Positions 37,581 through 51,066 of a stretch of 64,000 nucleotides of DNA are shown here, one piece after another. The translations under genes and the position numbers were made by a program. Source of the DNA: Hydrolagus colliei (Eukaryota); contig CM068742.1 in the NCBI GenBank assembly GCA_035084275.1, forward strand, positions 123,070,001 through 123,134,000, written 5' to 3'. Position 1 is the first letter of the stretch. Every line of letters starts with the position of its first letter. The notes below the pieces were generated by a model. The model made no database searches. It was not told the DNA's origin and saw only the letters and a list, made by a program, of their open reading frames with translations.

Positions 37581-38469
37581 TGAATTAATTAGCCTCACCC
37601 GCACTTTGAACCCTATTACATACTGCAACTTATATAAAACTGCTCAGAGAGGGCAGATATGTTATAGTAATGTTACATCCTAGTTCCTGGTCAGTGTGAA
37701 CTGCTCTTTTATTTTGTCAGCTTGTTTGATCTCCACAATGGTTGATAGAATACGAGAACAGTCAGTTCTCATAGTCAAGCGTTTTCAAACTGTTAAAAAG
37801 GCAACACTTGGCACATATTGCATTCTATAAAACTCGCATTGAATTGTTCCAGGAAAATGATGACTGGCTGCTTTCAGGAAACTGAGTCTCTTATGCGCAA
37901 GTTGCAACACTCTCCTCCTGCCCTCCCTTAAGGAAACTTTCATGTTGCAGCATCTCTTGGGATGAAAAATCTGATAGTTTTTATAACAAATGAATTCAGT
38001 GTTTATCACATTGAGTCTGTTGAGAAACATCACCATTTCAGGCAATAATTATTCATTATGGTTTTGAGTGCTAACCTCTCCCAAACTCATCTGATCTTGG
38101 CATATTTTTTAATCCATTGGATTGCTCTACATGGAACGAGGAGGCATGTTCATATCCTAGAAAGATGCACTCAAGAATATTTGGGCCATAGATTCGCTGT
38201 TTGTTCATCGATCTGAATGACTCATTTGTGAAGAATGCAGCACCTTCCCATTTTAGACGCCCAGTCTTGTCATCAAGTACTCCCAGTTCAGGTACAACAG
38301 CAAGATCTAGTTACATCTACTAACTCCTGTTACAAATCTCTCTGTATATTAGAGCCCTGTATCTTGATTCGTCTGCACTCTAACTTCCATCAGGATGTAA
38401 AGATGGACCTGGTAAAGTGATGTTTGCATGTGTTTATCATCCTGTGCAATTATTATTCATCACTCCTGT

Positions 38470-38735
38470 ACATGAGATGTTAAACCAAGGTCCTGTCTGC
38501 CGATTAAGGGGGTTGTCAAAATTCCCATGGCACTGTTTGAAAAAAGAAGGGAGTTTCTCCCAGTGTCTTGGCCAGCAATCCCTCCCAGTGAATTGGTCAT
38601 TCACTTCATGGCTGTTTGTGGGGCACTGCTGGTCCAATTTGGCTGCCATGTTCATCTACAAATACTGTCATTATATTTTACAGAGATTTTTGAGGCATAA
38701 AAAAGGCACTTTGTCAAGTGCAAGGGTTATTTTAT
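38470..38735 (+). mobile_element. Deu-domain SINE fragment (SacSINE1/AmnSINE1-like core)
   Basis: atgagatgttaaaccaaggtcctgtctg...tcccatggcactgtttgaa...gggagtttctcccagtgtcttggcca matches the recalled Deu-core pattern. Confidence 0.8.
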
Positions 38736-40669
38736 TTATGTGAAAATTAATTGTATGATATAATTTCAGCTCCTTGTATAGAGAATGCAATAGACAAATG
38801 GTTGTGGTATTGAGGCAGCACATAACTCACTCGGCTTTGTTCCTTGCGGATTGCCAGCTTAACTTGAGCAGATGTTTATTGATGATCACTCACTCGTTCT
38901 CATCACTTTGTGTCCTAGCTAATATAACTCGCCTTGGCTTTCAGCTAGCCGCCCTTCATTGAAAGAGCACCTTCATCCATGGTTCGTGTAAATCTAGAAC
39001 AGAACTGATCTAGATCTTTGTTGTTCATAATCCAGTGGAGCAGATAACAATGTATTACCTCAAAAACGCACCACATAATTATTCCAGCACATTATCTGAT
39101 ATTCTTGTTTTTCTCTTTCTCAAGGGAAAACATAGCATATAAAAACATTTTAGCCCCTATAGGGTTAATACTGTAGCTCTGCACATGATTTGTTCTCAGT
39201 GTAGCCCCAATCCAATGTAAAGTGAAGTCTCCATGGTCTTCAGTCATTTAGAGAAACATAGGTTATTTTCTGTAAAATAACCCTGAGTACCATTATGGCA
39301 ATGGCTAAAATGCTTATTGCACCCCTCACTCAGAACACTGATCTTGCTTTGTGCAACACTATAAGTGATAATTGTGAGTCTGCAGTAGGTTTGAAGAAAA
39401 CGTGCCACGTTTTCTAGAGATGTAGCTTGCCACCTGCATAGACTAATTGCTTAAGCGGGTGGTGTTGTGATGGCATCTCTAGGGCTGGGAGTGCACTAAG
39501 GATGTGCGAGCTGCACATTCCTCCTGGGATATCACCTGCAAGCCACACCGGATAGAATTGCAGGTGTAATGGTGAATGAGGAGTGTTGTATTGGATAAGT
39601 GGCCAGGGAAATGTCAGGCCCAAAGAAGCAGGTGGTTTGGTTCTTTTAACAAAAGAGAAATATATTTAAAAAAATCAACACCACATTGCACATTTGTCAG
39701 TTAGTACGTTCTGGGTTTTTTTCTTTCATATTAATGCCTGTGCATCTGTGTGTAATTTTGTGTATAATTTGTGTATATACATAATATAATAATAATCCTT
39801 ACAACAACAACATCAACTTATTCACATAAGCACTGCTTATGCACGGTAGCATTCCAGAGTGTTTATATTTGGTATAGCTCCTTTCACGTCTGGAGGATAT
39901 CCCCAATTGCTTCACAGGATATATGATAAAGTGCAGTGGGCCTATGTATGTAAGGTGAATGATCAGTGTTTGAGATTTTGTGTACTAGACATTTGAGGGT
40001 TCAGAGATAACCCTATATGTTGTATAGGTTACTGAAAGGACTTTCTAAAAAACAACAGCAAAAAAAAGCTGCTAAGCTCAACTGTGAGACAATTGAATTA
40101 AGACTTGTGTGCATTCATCTCCCTGGATTTACTGTCATAATTCCTTTGAGCCTAAGCTTTGTCAACAATGCTTTCTATTTAAACAAAAATATCATTTTTT
40201 TGAAAACATTGACGTGAGGCTCCAACAGTATCAAGGATAAGGTGCAAATGCAAGGATTATAAGATCCTAATTGGAGGCCTTGAATAGGATTTTGAATTCA
40301 AAAATATTTGAAAGATCTTGTATCTAATTTAAAATAACATTTGTCAGTGCTTTTGTTTTCAAAGAAAATCCCATTGTAAAGCAGTTTGCCTCCAATCATG
40401 GCTGCTGTCCTCAATGTAATTAACAAGCTGGTGATAAAATGTGATGGTTCTTCAGTGACTCTGGGTGTCACAGCACGATGGTTTTTCATGGAGGCTATGT
40501 GCTGGAACACAATGCACGTTTGATTGAGACTAGAAGCTACAACATGATGGTTCTTGATTGGGAGGGTGCTGAGGCTAATGTATGCCACATAAACACATAC
40601 AGCAACTCAGCGCCTACGATTTGCTGGCTTACATGGTCCATTTCTGCACCAAGTTGCATGATTAGATGT

Positions 40670-40800
40670 TTGTTAGGCAAGTGTGTTAAGGGATATGGGA
40701 CAATGGCGGGTGACTGGACTTGAGGTACAGATCAGCCATGATTTTATAAAATGTCAGAACAGATTTGAGGTGCTGAATAGACTACTCCTGTTTCTATGTT
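40670..40800 (+). mobile_element. CR1 LINE 3' end
   Basis: ttaagggatatggg...gatcagccatgat...ctgaatagactactcctgtttctatgtt. Confidence 0.75.
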
Positions 40801-40964
40801 TACTTAGGCAATCGGAGGAATTAGATTTTCCAAATATTTTTCTGCTCTCCCTACTGGTATATGCCCCTCCGATCCTGACCCAGTCTTTGATACCCAATTG
40901 GCTATTGTGCATGTATGTGTCTTGATGGTAAATGTTTACAGGTTACTGTAGAAGATACAATAGT

Positions 40965-41185
40965 TGAGCGTGTCCTTTTCCCACCTGGCCGCCACACAGG
41001 CTCACACACTGCCAGTGGAGGGTGCTGTAGAGGGACCATGGACATTAGTTGGTGTTCCACTTCCTAACTCGAGGAAGGGCTGGAGCCAATTTAGCTTTCC
41101 CATGTGGCTCTGACTGAGAGCAGTAAACTCCATATGAACCAGCAAACGCCTGGTGTGTAAGCTGCAGCTGTACCCACTACATCAT
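40965..41185 (-). mobile_element. Old SINE-like fragment (family uncertain)
   Basis: ctgagagcagtaaactc...cctggtgtgta.gct...tacccact resembles the reverse of a tRNA-headed SINE recalled from shark genomes. A related + strand piece lies near 62780-62890. Confidence 0.35.
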
Positions 41186-42599
41186 CGAGACTACCCCCAC
41201 CATTAAATTATCTTAATAACTCCTGCTTCTATCCCTTCTGTCTGTTTGTTTAAAATTATCTGATGGTTTAGCTGTTGTTTTTTCATTCCATTTAACTTGG
41301 TGAACTGGTTTCAGGGTGTTTGAGAGTCTGTGATGTGTTTTGTGATAATAACACATCATCTTCAAATACTTGAGCTCATGCCAAACTGTTCCGTCCTGTT
41401 CTTTAACGCACTATTTTGAATTACCGGCAAACCTTTACGATCGTTTGATTGCAATCAGGATCCTAAAGGAGAAATGTTAGGAATCTTTTGGCTTATGAAG
41501 CCAGAAATTCCTGTTTACAAACAATGATGACTTCACAGAGACCCAACTGGAACAGCAGAAATATGAGGTCACTTCAACTTTTAAAATGCATATTTTAAAG
41601 GCACAGAATTCTTGCAAGTGCTGCCCTCGAACTTCAAACTCCTGTTTGTGCACGAGGCTTTTTCTGCCTGTCAGTCTCAAATGCTTTACAATACAATTTA
41701 TAACACAATTTACATTTATTTAATGCCTTTCGTATCGGGAGGACGTCTCAAAAGTGTTTGACACTGCTGGCTGGGTTCTGGTAACATCAGCTCTTTTGAG
41801 AAACTCAATTGTGGTGTTTTGAAGCAATGCCTCTTTTTTCCTTAACCAACTCATTTGTCAGCCATTGAACAAACTGCTTAAAAATCCATTCAGCTTCTTA
41901 TTGTTTCAATAATGTACCCTAGTCTTCTGAGGAACAGGAGCTGTGAAGCTAGATCAGATATGTAACATTCAGGTCCATAACATTCCCATGCATGATTTAT
42001 CACAAAACAATTAGGCGAATGCGTTCTTCTAGAAAACAAATTATTTAAAAAATAAAACATTGGGTTTGGGATGAATTAGACACACAGATGCAATCTGAGA
42101 TTGTTGGGCCAGACTGTAGAGCAGCGGTGCCCAAAATCCAACAAGGGACTCCTCTCACGTCAGTAATTCATTGCTGACCATCTGTTACTATGTATAATGT
42201 ACAGAAGATGTTTTTCCTTGTTTGTTTCTCTGTCTCTGTCTCTCTCTCTCCCTCATCTTGCTGCTTCCTCTTATTCTTGCCTTTGAAAACTGAGTCGAGC
42301 TGTGTAGCTTCAAGGTGAGGTGACCTCATGGGCAGTGAAGCACAATGGATGTGTGTAGCAGCAGGCACCATTGAACAATGGCTACCTAACTTAGGGACGC
42401 AGAACTGCAGGGCAAAGCTGCCTGTGCCCTGCACGATTCTGCAGCTTACCAGAGCATGAATTCCAAAAAGGGCATTCTTCGTATTCTTTATGTATTCATT
42501 ATAACCCGAGTTGTTGCGAAGCAGTAAGAGAGAAATACAGGACACAGAGAGTGAGGGAAACTCTTATTTACTTATTTAAGTGAAACCAGCGCTGCTTAA

Positions 42600-43400
42600 A
42601 ATCCTCTTATCAAACTCTTTACAGGCTGGAACATTGTCTCAGTTGCTATAGCAACGCGTTGGGCAACACTGAGGGGGGAAAAAAACCATTTCAAAAGAAA
42701 CTGAGCTGAGCCGTAAACAGTTGAAGGAACAGGAAACTTGAGGCAAGCCAAGCCCCCATTGCTTTTCACACGAGTTATAGTGAGTGAGGTGAGAAAATAT
42801 GTATCTGGCCTTCCACACGAGAGACACAGCCATGTTAGCACAGTAATCACCCTGTCACCGTCTCGACAGCACTGCGGGCATTAGTGGTTGGCACTAAAAT
42901 GGCGTTTGTTGGGGGAAGGGGGGGGGGGGGGGGGGGGAAGTGAGAAGGGGGAGGGAGAGAAGGAGGAGCAACCTCCATTTTGTGGTATGTGCTTCAGTAT
43001 CCGCGCGTTTTAAAACAACCGCAAGCCTCATCCAGGAATGACCATTTGCAGATTTGAAAGAAGAACGATCAGGACGCTTGGCAGTATTTTAACATATTAG
43101 AGTTTCAGGCTGGGTCTGTTGCCTTCCGTGGTGCTGAGTCTTGCCAACAGAGGCAGGCGTCGCTGCTGGAGCAGGAGAGAGATGCTGAACAAAATGGCCG
43201 TGCATGAAAAGGAGAGGGGATACGTGGATTTCTGTGAATCCTCCTGCCAGCACGATGTAAGGCCTTTGCAAAACCAGGGGCTGGCAGCAATTACAGTGGT
43301 TGGCACAGAGCCCCATTGAGTGCACTTGCAATTAACTGGCGTCTGAAAGCAGAATGAGCTGCCTCAGATTTGTGAAGAGACCGTCCAGCCTCTAAGCATG
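42600..43400. promoter_or_regulatory. Candidate intronic enhancer/promoter (RFX, YY1, NFI motifs, G-run)
   Basis: GTTGCTATAGCAAC 42642-42655, AAAATGGCG 42896-42904, G-run 42911-42937, TTGGCacagaGCCCC 43300-43314, locally CpG-rich. Confidence 0.55.
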
Positions 43401-43799
43401 GTGGGCAGCTTGCCATCAGGTTGTCCTGTGCAAAGACCCCATTGGTCTGCCAGTGATACCAACTGTATAAGTCCCTCCATTTTTACCTCCAAGCTTTGTG
43501 GAAAGTGTAGGCTTTACTGCAGGTCTTAAAAAGTGTTGCCTTCTTCGGGAATGCGTTGGGTCCTGCATTATTCTTATTTGCAGCCTCCTTTGTTTTATGT
43601 GATGGAGACAATTTGCATGAAAAGCACCTCAGTGCAGGCAGCACTGTGTCTGTTTGCAGTTCAGAGAATAAAGCAATAAAATTGAACTGAATGGACAAGA
43701 GCAGCTCAATCCCAGATTCCTGGCTGGAAGTTTTATATTACAGGCATTACCACAAAGTGCCTTCTGGAAGATTGAGGTCTCTGATTTAAAAGTCTAAAC

Positions 43800-44040
43800 T
43801 TTCTCTTTCTCTCTCTGTCTCTCTCACTCCTCTTTCTCTTGCTTCTCTCTCTTTATTTTTCTCTATTTCTCTCTTTTTCTTTTTCATTCTCTCTTTATCT
43901 TTCTCTCGCTTTCTCTCTTTATCTTTCTGTCTTTAACCTCTCTCTTTTTCACCTTCTCTCTCTTTCTCCTCTCTCCTCTCTCTTTTTCTTCTCTCTCTTT
44001 TTCTCCTTCTCCCTTATTCTCTAATTTCTTTCTTCCCTCC
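43800..44040. repeat. CT-rich low-complexity polypyrimidine tract
   Basis: About 240 nt almost purely C/T. Confidence 0.9.
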
Positions 44041-46614
44041 AAATCCCCTTCCCTTTGAATTTGGGCATCTCCATACTGTTTGTTTGCAATATCATCTCAA
44101 CAATTGTTTTCCCTCTCCTTTTTTGTTTAAACACATTACTATTCTTCATCCTTGTGCTTTTTGTATCTCGTTCAAACATTGCAGGGGTTTAATCTGCAGT
44201 GTTTCCTTAGCACAGAATAAATGCTTTATTAATCATGTACTCATGCAAGATAAGAGATGATTGATAGTAAATTTGGCACATAAATATAAATAATACTTAT
44301 CTTGGGGCAGATGTCTGTCATCTGCTTTCACAGACAGTATTTTCTTTCAATTCAGCCTGACATGGATCTGAAAGATTTAACCCAAAGCTTTGTTTGTGCT
44401 TTGTGATGCTTAAATCAATTTTGATTAGATATTAAAAGAAAACCTGGCTTTAGGCATGGAACTTTTTCTCTCTTATTAAACTTAAATGCCGGGGAGGCAG
44501 AGAGACGAGTGGGATAAGGCACTGAGGGGGTTTACCAAAATAGCACTGGAGCAAATGGAGATAATTGCACACTTGAGCTCCCTGATTTAATTTACACAAC
44601 AGCTTTTCATTGTTTCACAATCTGGACCTTTGCTGATATTCTTTCAATCCCCATGTTCCAGAGTGAATTTATCACAATTTTTGCAATTGTGTATGTGGAA
44701 AATTCACTAGAGTGCTATTTATCATCCAAGTCATTGCCCCTTCCACACTAACTGGTACGCAGGGGATTGACATGCAAGCTAAGATGGCTAATGCAAGCTA
44801 CCTTTCACTCCATGATCCATGCTTACAATAGGAATTCCATAAATTTACTATGGAATGTCCAACAACTCTATCGGAAATAACATTCGGACCTCCCCGCACT
44901 CCCATCCATACTGGACCATTTAGACATGGAAATGTAACAGTTGCTTTCTGCTCAAACAGCAAGTGTGGGAACTTTTTACACGTCACAATTGGGAGGAAGG
45001 AAATGTGACTTGCTGTTTACTGGTGACATATTATCACGACCGATAATGTGGATGCAAGGAGTCAGTATCTATTAATGGCTTGGCAGGGGAAGAGAGGGTC
45101 CAGGGATAAAATCACATACTTCATTCCCTCCACCGGCCTATGAATTTTCAGGAAAACATCAGTTGAGTACTTCATTCACGAGTGCAAGGTCTTTCCCTTC
45201 CATTTCGATTCTTCGCTATATAAAGATGTTGGCAGCACTGTCAGAATCAATTCAACATGACCCAACCCACTTTTCACAGGTGTGCCCAACCTATGTAAAT
45301 ATGGAAAGATTAGGCAAGCGTGTGTGGAGATAGAGGAGAGAAGTGAAGGTAATTCCTTCACATAATAGATTTGTTATAAAACATACAAGGCTGACCAGAA
45401 CACTTTAGCAATGTCAGATCGTACTTGCACAAACACTAGCAGCTACTTTGTAGTGATCATTTTATTGTCTCACCTGGAGTTCCCAGATCTGGATAAGTCC
45501 TAAGTCATTTTACACATAAGGTCCCACATGTACACCAATTTTACCCTTTTATATTGGCTTCCTTGATTAATCACATCTAGCTAATTAATTATATACTGTA
45601 GTTCATTTGGCTGCTTAGTAGCACTGGACATTTTGAGTTATTGAAAATAGTGGAGTATTTCTTCTGTGAGAAAATCCAAAGTGGCTGAAGTTTTCTTTGC
45701 AATCTCATTGATAGTTTCTTGTTTCCTTTACTGATCCAGGAATAACTGCTAAGTGAAGAGTGGGATGTAGTCAAGCCAAGGGTGTATTTTGTGTGTGATG
45801 GCTAAGAGCTTGAACCTTGTGAATGTGCTACAAAGGACAAAAACATTTTTTTTTACAGGAGTAATATTTTTGCTGGCAGTGTTGCAGACAGATGGTTCTT
45901 ACATTAGCATTTCTTCCCTCTCCGACCTCTTTCTCTGAGATCTGGGAGAGAGCTAGCAATCCAGGAGTGCACTAAAAACTGCTGCCTCACTCCCACATAG
46001 CTAGGAATTCAATTTTGAAATAATATCTGTCAACTAATCTTCAGAAACTATTTTGTTAAGAGCAGTACTTTGTCCTGAGGAGTATTTGGTGGTAAATACA
46101 GGAGTTAAACACTGCTTTGAGGTGATTGATCCTTATTACAACGTGCATAATCACTGCTGAACTAATGGAAGACTGAAGGCTGGTTCTGATTTTCTGAGAA
46201 ACAGACCTGCTTTGTTCCTAGTAATTCTTCCTAAGTGTTTAACATGGAGAATAATGCTTAGAGGCAGTGATCCCAAGGCAGCAATTGCATCAAGGGGTTC
46301 AGATGGCATCCGAAACTGCAAAGAGCACTTTAAGAGGGTCATTTGAACTCTGGGGGTAGATTACAACCTTGAAATGATTTCCCCCGCAAATTTGCAGCAG
46401 ATATTATTGAAAAGAAAAAGTGTGTTTGGTCCCTCTGTTTATTTGTTTGCTCTTGTTAACAGTAGTGCTGAACATCGGCACGTACTTAATGCATAGTTGT
46501 GTTTACACTGAAGGCCTCCCCCTTCCATTCCCCAGAGAGAAAAAGAATAAACGACATCAATATTCAGCCAAATAGAACCAGGAGAACATTAAATTTATGA
46601 CTTTTTTACAGCTT

Positions 46615-46822
46615 CTGTTCCTTCACTAACCTCTGGAACTCCCTGTCACCCTTTTTCCATTTCACCCTTTCTTTATCTTTATATCCCACCTTTAAAAACC
46701 TACCTCTTTGACATGCCATTGCTTTCTCTCCCACTTCTCTCTTACTCTGAGTCCAACCTGTACACTGCTTGGAGACATTGTCCTATGTGAAGGCATGATA
46801 TGAATGTAAATTGTTCTTGTTA
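46615..46822 (+). mobile_element. Decayed L2 3' end
   Basis: ctctggaactccct...tttaaaaacctacctctttgac (LWNS, LKTYLFD) and tail atgtgaaggc...tgtaaattgttcttgtt. Confidence 0.65.
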
Positions 46823-46864
46823 TTCAATTAAGGATTATCATCAGAACAATGAAAGGGAGTGGTT

Positions 46865-47100
46865 TTAAGCTTTTTTTTAATATGTTAGGTTGTCGGATGT
46901 CTTACCACAAATGACTACTGAAACCTAATTTATATAACACCTTTTAAAAGAGAATTGAAGGAAAAAGAATGAAAGGATTAAAGGATAGATCACGGGAAAG
47001 GGATTAGAGTTGGTAGCTACAAGTGGGGAGCATAACACTAGCACAGACTCGATGGGCTGAATGGCCTCCTTCTGTGTCGCAAACTTTTAATGTTTCTATG
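46865..47100 (+). mobile_element. CR1 LINE 3' end
   Basis: ctagcacagactcgatgggctgaatggcctccttctgtgtcg...tgtttctatg. Confidence 0.75.
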
Positions 47101-47479
47101 GATGTTGTGTTCAAACAGAGCTACGTCTCTCCATGGGTTAAATACATGAGTATGTGCTGTGTTCACCTGCTGGGTTTCATTCGGGTGCTGGTGCGCATAT
47201 TAATCCCCAATTCCTATAGTGTGGGATCATCAAAAAAAGACTGTTCAATGGAATCTTAGAACTAAATGCAGGAAAAAACAGTAATCTTGTGCAGAGGGTG
47301 CCAATGTTTATTCAGAATTCCCAGGAAACTATGCTACAAGTTCTAGGAACAACCATAAAGAAGGGAAGTTTCAGTTCTTTTGAATTTCCATATAATGTTT
47401 CATTTAAACAAAGAATGTGCATTTTTATTGGCACCAGCAAGACCCCATAGGCAGCCGTAAAATGTACGACAAATTAATC

Positions 47480-47738
47480 TGGGAGATTGCTGGCCAGGCA
47501 CCAGGAGAAGATTCCTTTTTTGAATAGAGTCATGGTATTGTTCACATTGACCTGAACAGGCTAATTGGATCTTGGCTTTAACATCTTACCTGAAGGACAC
47601 ATCTTTGACAATGTAATGCTCCCCCATTTGTGTACAAGAGAGTGAGATTAGATTATCAGATCAAATGCCGGTGTGTGACTTGAACACGCAACCTTCTGAT
47701 CCAGAGATGTGGATCCTATGAAGCTCCAAATTGACACA
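47480..47738 (-). mobile_element. Deu-domain SINE 5' part with tRNA-like head, antisense
   Basis: tggccaggcaccaggagaa...tttaacatctta...gacttgaacacgcaaccttctga...tgacac. Confidence 0.7.
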
Positions 47739-48164
47739 TATTGCCTGTTGCATCATCTAGCATTTAACACTCTTGCGATCAGGAGATCCATGGATTGTTT
47801 CTTCGCTGGATTAGTTCCTGAAAGGCCTGAATAGTAGTGAACTATACTTTTCTTCAAATTGTAAAAGAAACAAGTTAACCATCATTGATTTAGCGAATAC
47901 CCTTAACAATTGTTTTACTGGGAAATAAATACAGTGCGTGCTAACATACATGCTTGTTTCAATTCTCCACAAACATGTTTCTCTTACATAATCATAATAG
48001 TAGTTTCTTGAAGGACTTTGGATTTGTCTCTATTTCAATTACATCGGAGTTCGTAAAACACTAAGCCATTTCACAAAAAAATCTTCATTTAACTCCAAAA
48101 TGCAGTGTATGCCTGGTTAGCTTTTCATTTGCCTACAAATAATGTAGTCAACATACGTGACAAT

Positions 48165-48221
48165 AAATCCTTCTGACATGAAAGGCTCTATACCAAATAT
48201 AATGATTATTATTATTATTAT
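48165..48221 (+). mobile_element. SINE/L2 tail ending in (ATT)n
   Basis: gacatgaaaggctctataccaaat...attattattattattatt. Confidence 0.65.
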
Positions 48222-49489
48222 TAGATTACTAGATAAAGAGTGCAATTGATGCAATATTCAATCACAAGTCAAAAAGCACGTGATATATTTAGCAAATATT
48301 CCTCCCTCGCTGTCAACAGAACCAATGACCTTTGGAAGGCTTAAATTAGGTCACAGTACAAACTGCAAAATGTATTGTTGTAAAAAGTGTTGTGACGGTT
48401 GCCCAGTCCCTCTAAAGTCCTGTGTGATCCCATTGCACTATTCTATGCACTAATAAGAAATGACATAGATATTTTCATACTAAAGCAGGAGTTCACATGG
48501 CCAAAATTGGCATTAAGAACTGGGCAGTGGGTGCAGTTGGGGTGCTACATTTCAGTCGCACACTTCAGTTGCTTTCACACTTGTGTTACTTGCCCCTTCA
48601 CATCCATATTTGGGATAAACGTCAGAGTTTCATGAAGGCTGATGTGCCAAGAGGCAGCTCTGCAAGTAACTTTACAGATGTTTCTCTATATTCCTGATTT
48701 TTAAAAATATATATTTTTGATTCTTTAAAGAAACATTCTTGATTTTTAAAAAAAAACTTAAACTTTTTTTAAGTTCAAATGAACATTCAAAGAACAGAAA
48801 ACTAAAAATAGCGAGAATGTAAAAAACAATAATAGAGAAAGAACAAAAGATGTGGAAATATTGAAGGACATGATTGAAATGGTTACACAACACATGGAAT
48901 GCTCAGACTCAGTCTCTACCACTGATAAGCATTCTGAGATGCTACCCTGTGTGTAGGGCATTATATAAGTGCAAGTTATTCTTGTTGTTCCTCGTGTGAT
49001 TTGGGCACTATTGAATGCTGCTTGACCAATACTATATAATGGTATTCTGTGATCATTGGATGTAGTTTCACCTACAAAATCCACTCAGCTACATAATTTT
49101 AAAGTATCCCCTGAAAAGCATATTGCGATGTCTCGACGATATGATAAATTGGCAAGTATATCACATGCAAGTATTATTGTGGTTATCAGGATCAGTCACA
49201 GAATTTGCAGATTTAAATTTTCACTACTTGCTACCTCTGTCTCAAGTGTACTGTTTACTGATGGGAGTGAAGAACTCATTCTGTACATATAATGGGATTT
49301 TGAATGGAACCTGCAGAACTAAACGTTCAATACTGCTAAGATTGTAATGTGCCATGGAATTGTGAAGAGTGGCCACAGATTTCTTTCAGGGCGGATTCTT
49401 TACCTTCTAGATAAGTTCTAATATAACAATATCTCCCTCTCTTTCTCTTTTGGCACAATGATCACTCTACAGATGGATTTTTTTCCTAG

Positions 49490-49603
49490 TATTTCACCTG
49501 CAAAATACACAATCAATACACTTCACATGATATCTTGTGGAGCACTTTGAGACATCTTTCCAACGTGAAAGGCATTACATCATATATAAGGATTATTATT
49601 ATT
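49490..49603 (+). mobile_element. SINE L2-type tail
   Basis: tgtggagcactttgagacat...acgtgaaaggc...aaggattattattatt. Confidence 0.75.
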
Positions 49604-50087
49604 CAAAATGGCAGCATCCTAGTCACGTGGGATGTTGGCAGCAGTGGCCCATCATAGTCTCAGTTTGTTATCATTTATAACCCTTCAAGCAGTACAGTCA
49701 GCTGCACTCATATTTAGTTCTGTTGTGCTGTCCCTTAAATGGGCTCTGAAAGGGAGACACTGTAAACATTTGGTGGATGACTTTCTGTGTTTCAACACCA
49801 GCATTGGCAGAATCCCTTTGTTGTCTCATCTTCAACTCGGAGCTCCTCAACAGCCAATTCAGTTTAGCCAGTCCCCAGAACACAGTTTTTTGGTCTGAAT
49901 TAATGAACCACTTTGAACATCTTGACACTTCCCTCCTTATGACTGCTTTAATATTCTTCCCCAAATACCACTTGGAACCCAGTGTTTGTTAATTTGATGC
50001 CATTTGTGAAGGTCACCTGGGAACAAGCTCCTCATTGTTGAGGGCAAATTGTTGAGGGCAAAGGTTTCAAGAATTATTAGGCATGCC

Positions 50088-50101
50088 CCACTAGATGTCG
50101 C
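50088..50101 (+). promoter_or_regulatory. CTCF-like motif
   Basis: CCACTAGATGTCGC against the consensus CCASYAGRKGGCRS (one mismatch). Confidence 0.55.
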
Positions 50102-51046
50102 CAGTTATCATAAGGCATAGCTGAGCACTGGTATGGGGTTGGGGTTCAGGGTGTCGGTGACAAACAGGAATAACTGAAATCCACATAGGGTCAGTTTGTC
50201 AGTAAAAGAGAACACAAATGTAGGCTAACCGTGGAGACTAACTGTTTCCACAAATGCTGTGATTAAGCCGATAGGGTGGAGGTTCTGATCGGATGAGATC
50301 AAATGGACCAAAGGGCCTTCGGCGTCTAAATCAATGATGTAGCCTTTTAATCCAGGAAACGGTAACCGGTCTTTCTCTTTCAGGCACTGACTGAGCTGCT
50401 GTGAAATCTCAGTACTGTATTTTCTTTCTATTTCCGATTTCCAGCACCTGTGTATTTTTTCCCCTTTTATTTTTTGTTTCTGAACAAAAACCCTTTAAAG
50501 AGGGTGGGAATGAACAGCCCCCCCACCTCCCCCCTCACCCCATTCCCCACCCTCCCACCCCATTCCCTGTTGGGTTACAGTTGGGTTACCCTTTGTTAAG
50601 CCAAATGAAAAAGAGAAGCACTTGTAAAAGTCATTGGCCCTGAATTCTAAACTTTTGAAAGTGTCCTACATTTGCATCTGTTTTAAAGTGAAATTTCTAG
50701 TCATTTTTTGTTTTATCTTTCAGAAACCTCCCCCCTCCCCATCTCCCCTCCCCTTTACTTCCCTTGTTATTATAAACTGCAGAGGAACGCCTGAAAGTCT
50801 GCCAAAGGAAAGGTATTAAATTTCTCGAGTTGCTGTGTTATCCCGATAAATGCCAACAAAAGTAGGTCAGCAGGCAGGCAACCAGAGAGCAGGTTGAAGC
50901 CCTTGTTAAAATGGGGGAGTCTACAGCAGTGACAGAATAGCCACATTCCCATGCTGGCATCATAGTGCCAGCGCAAGTTTTAAGAGACAAGTTTTTTTTC
51001 TCCATCTTATTTTCAAAAGAATGTGCCTGCACTACTAGTGAACAAT

Positions 51047-51066
51047 GACTGACTGACTGACTGACT
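51047..51066. repeat. (GACT)5 microsatellite
   Basis: gactgactgactgactgact. Confidence 0.85.
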
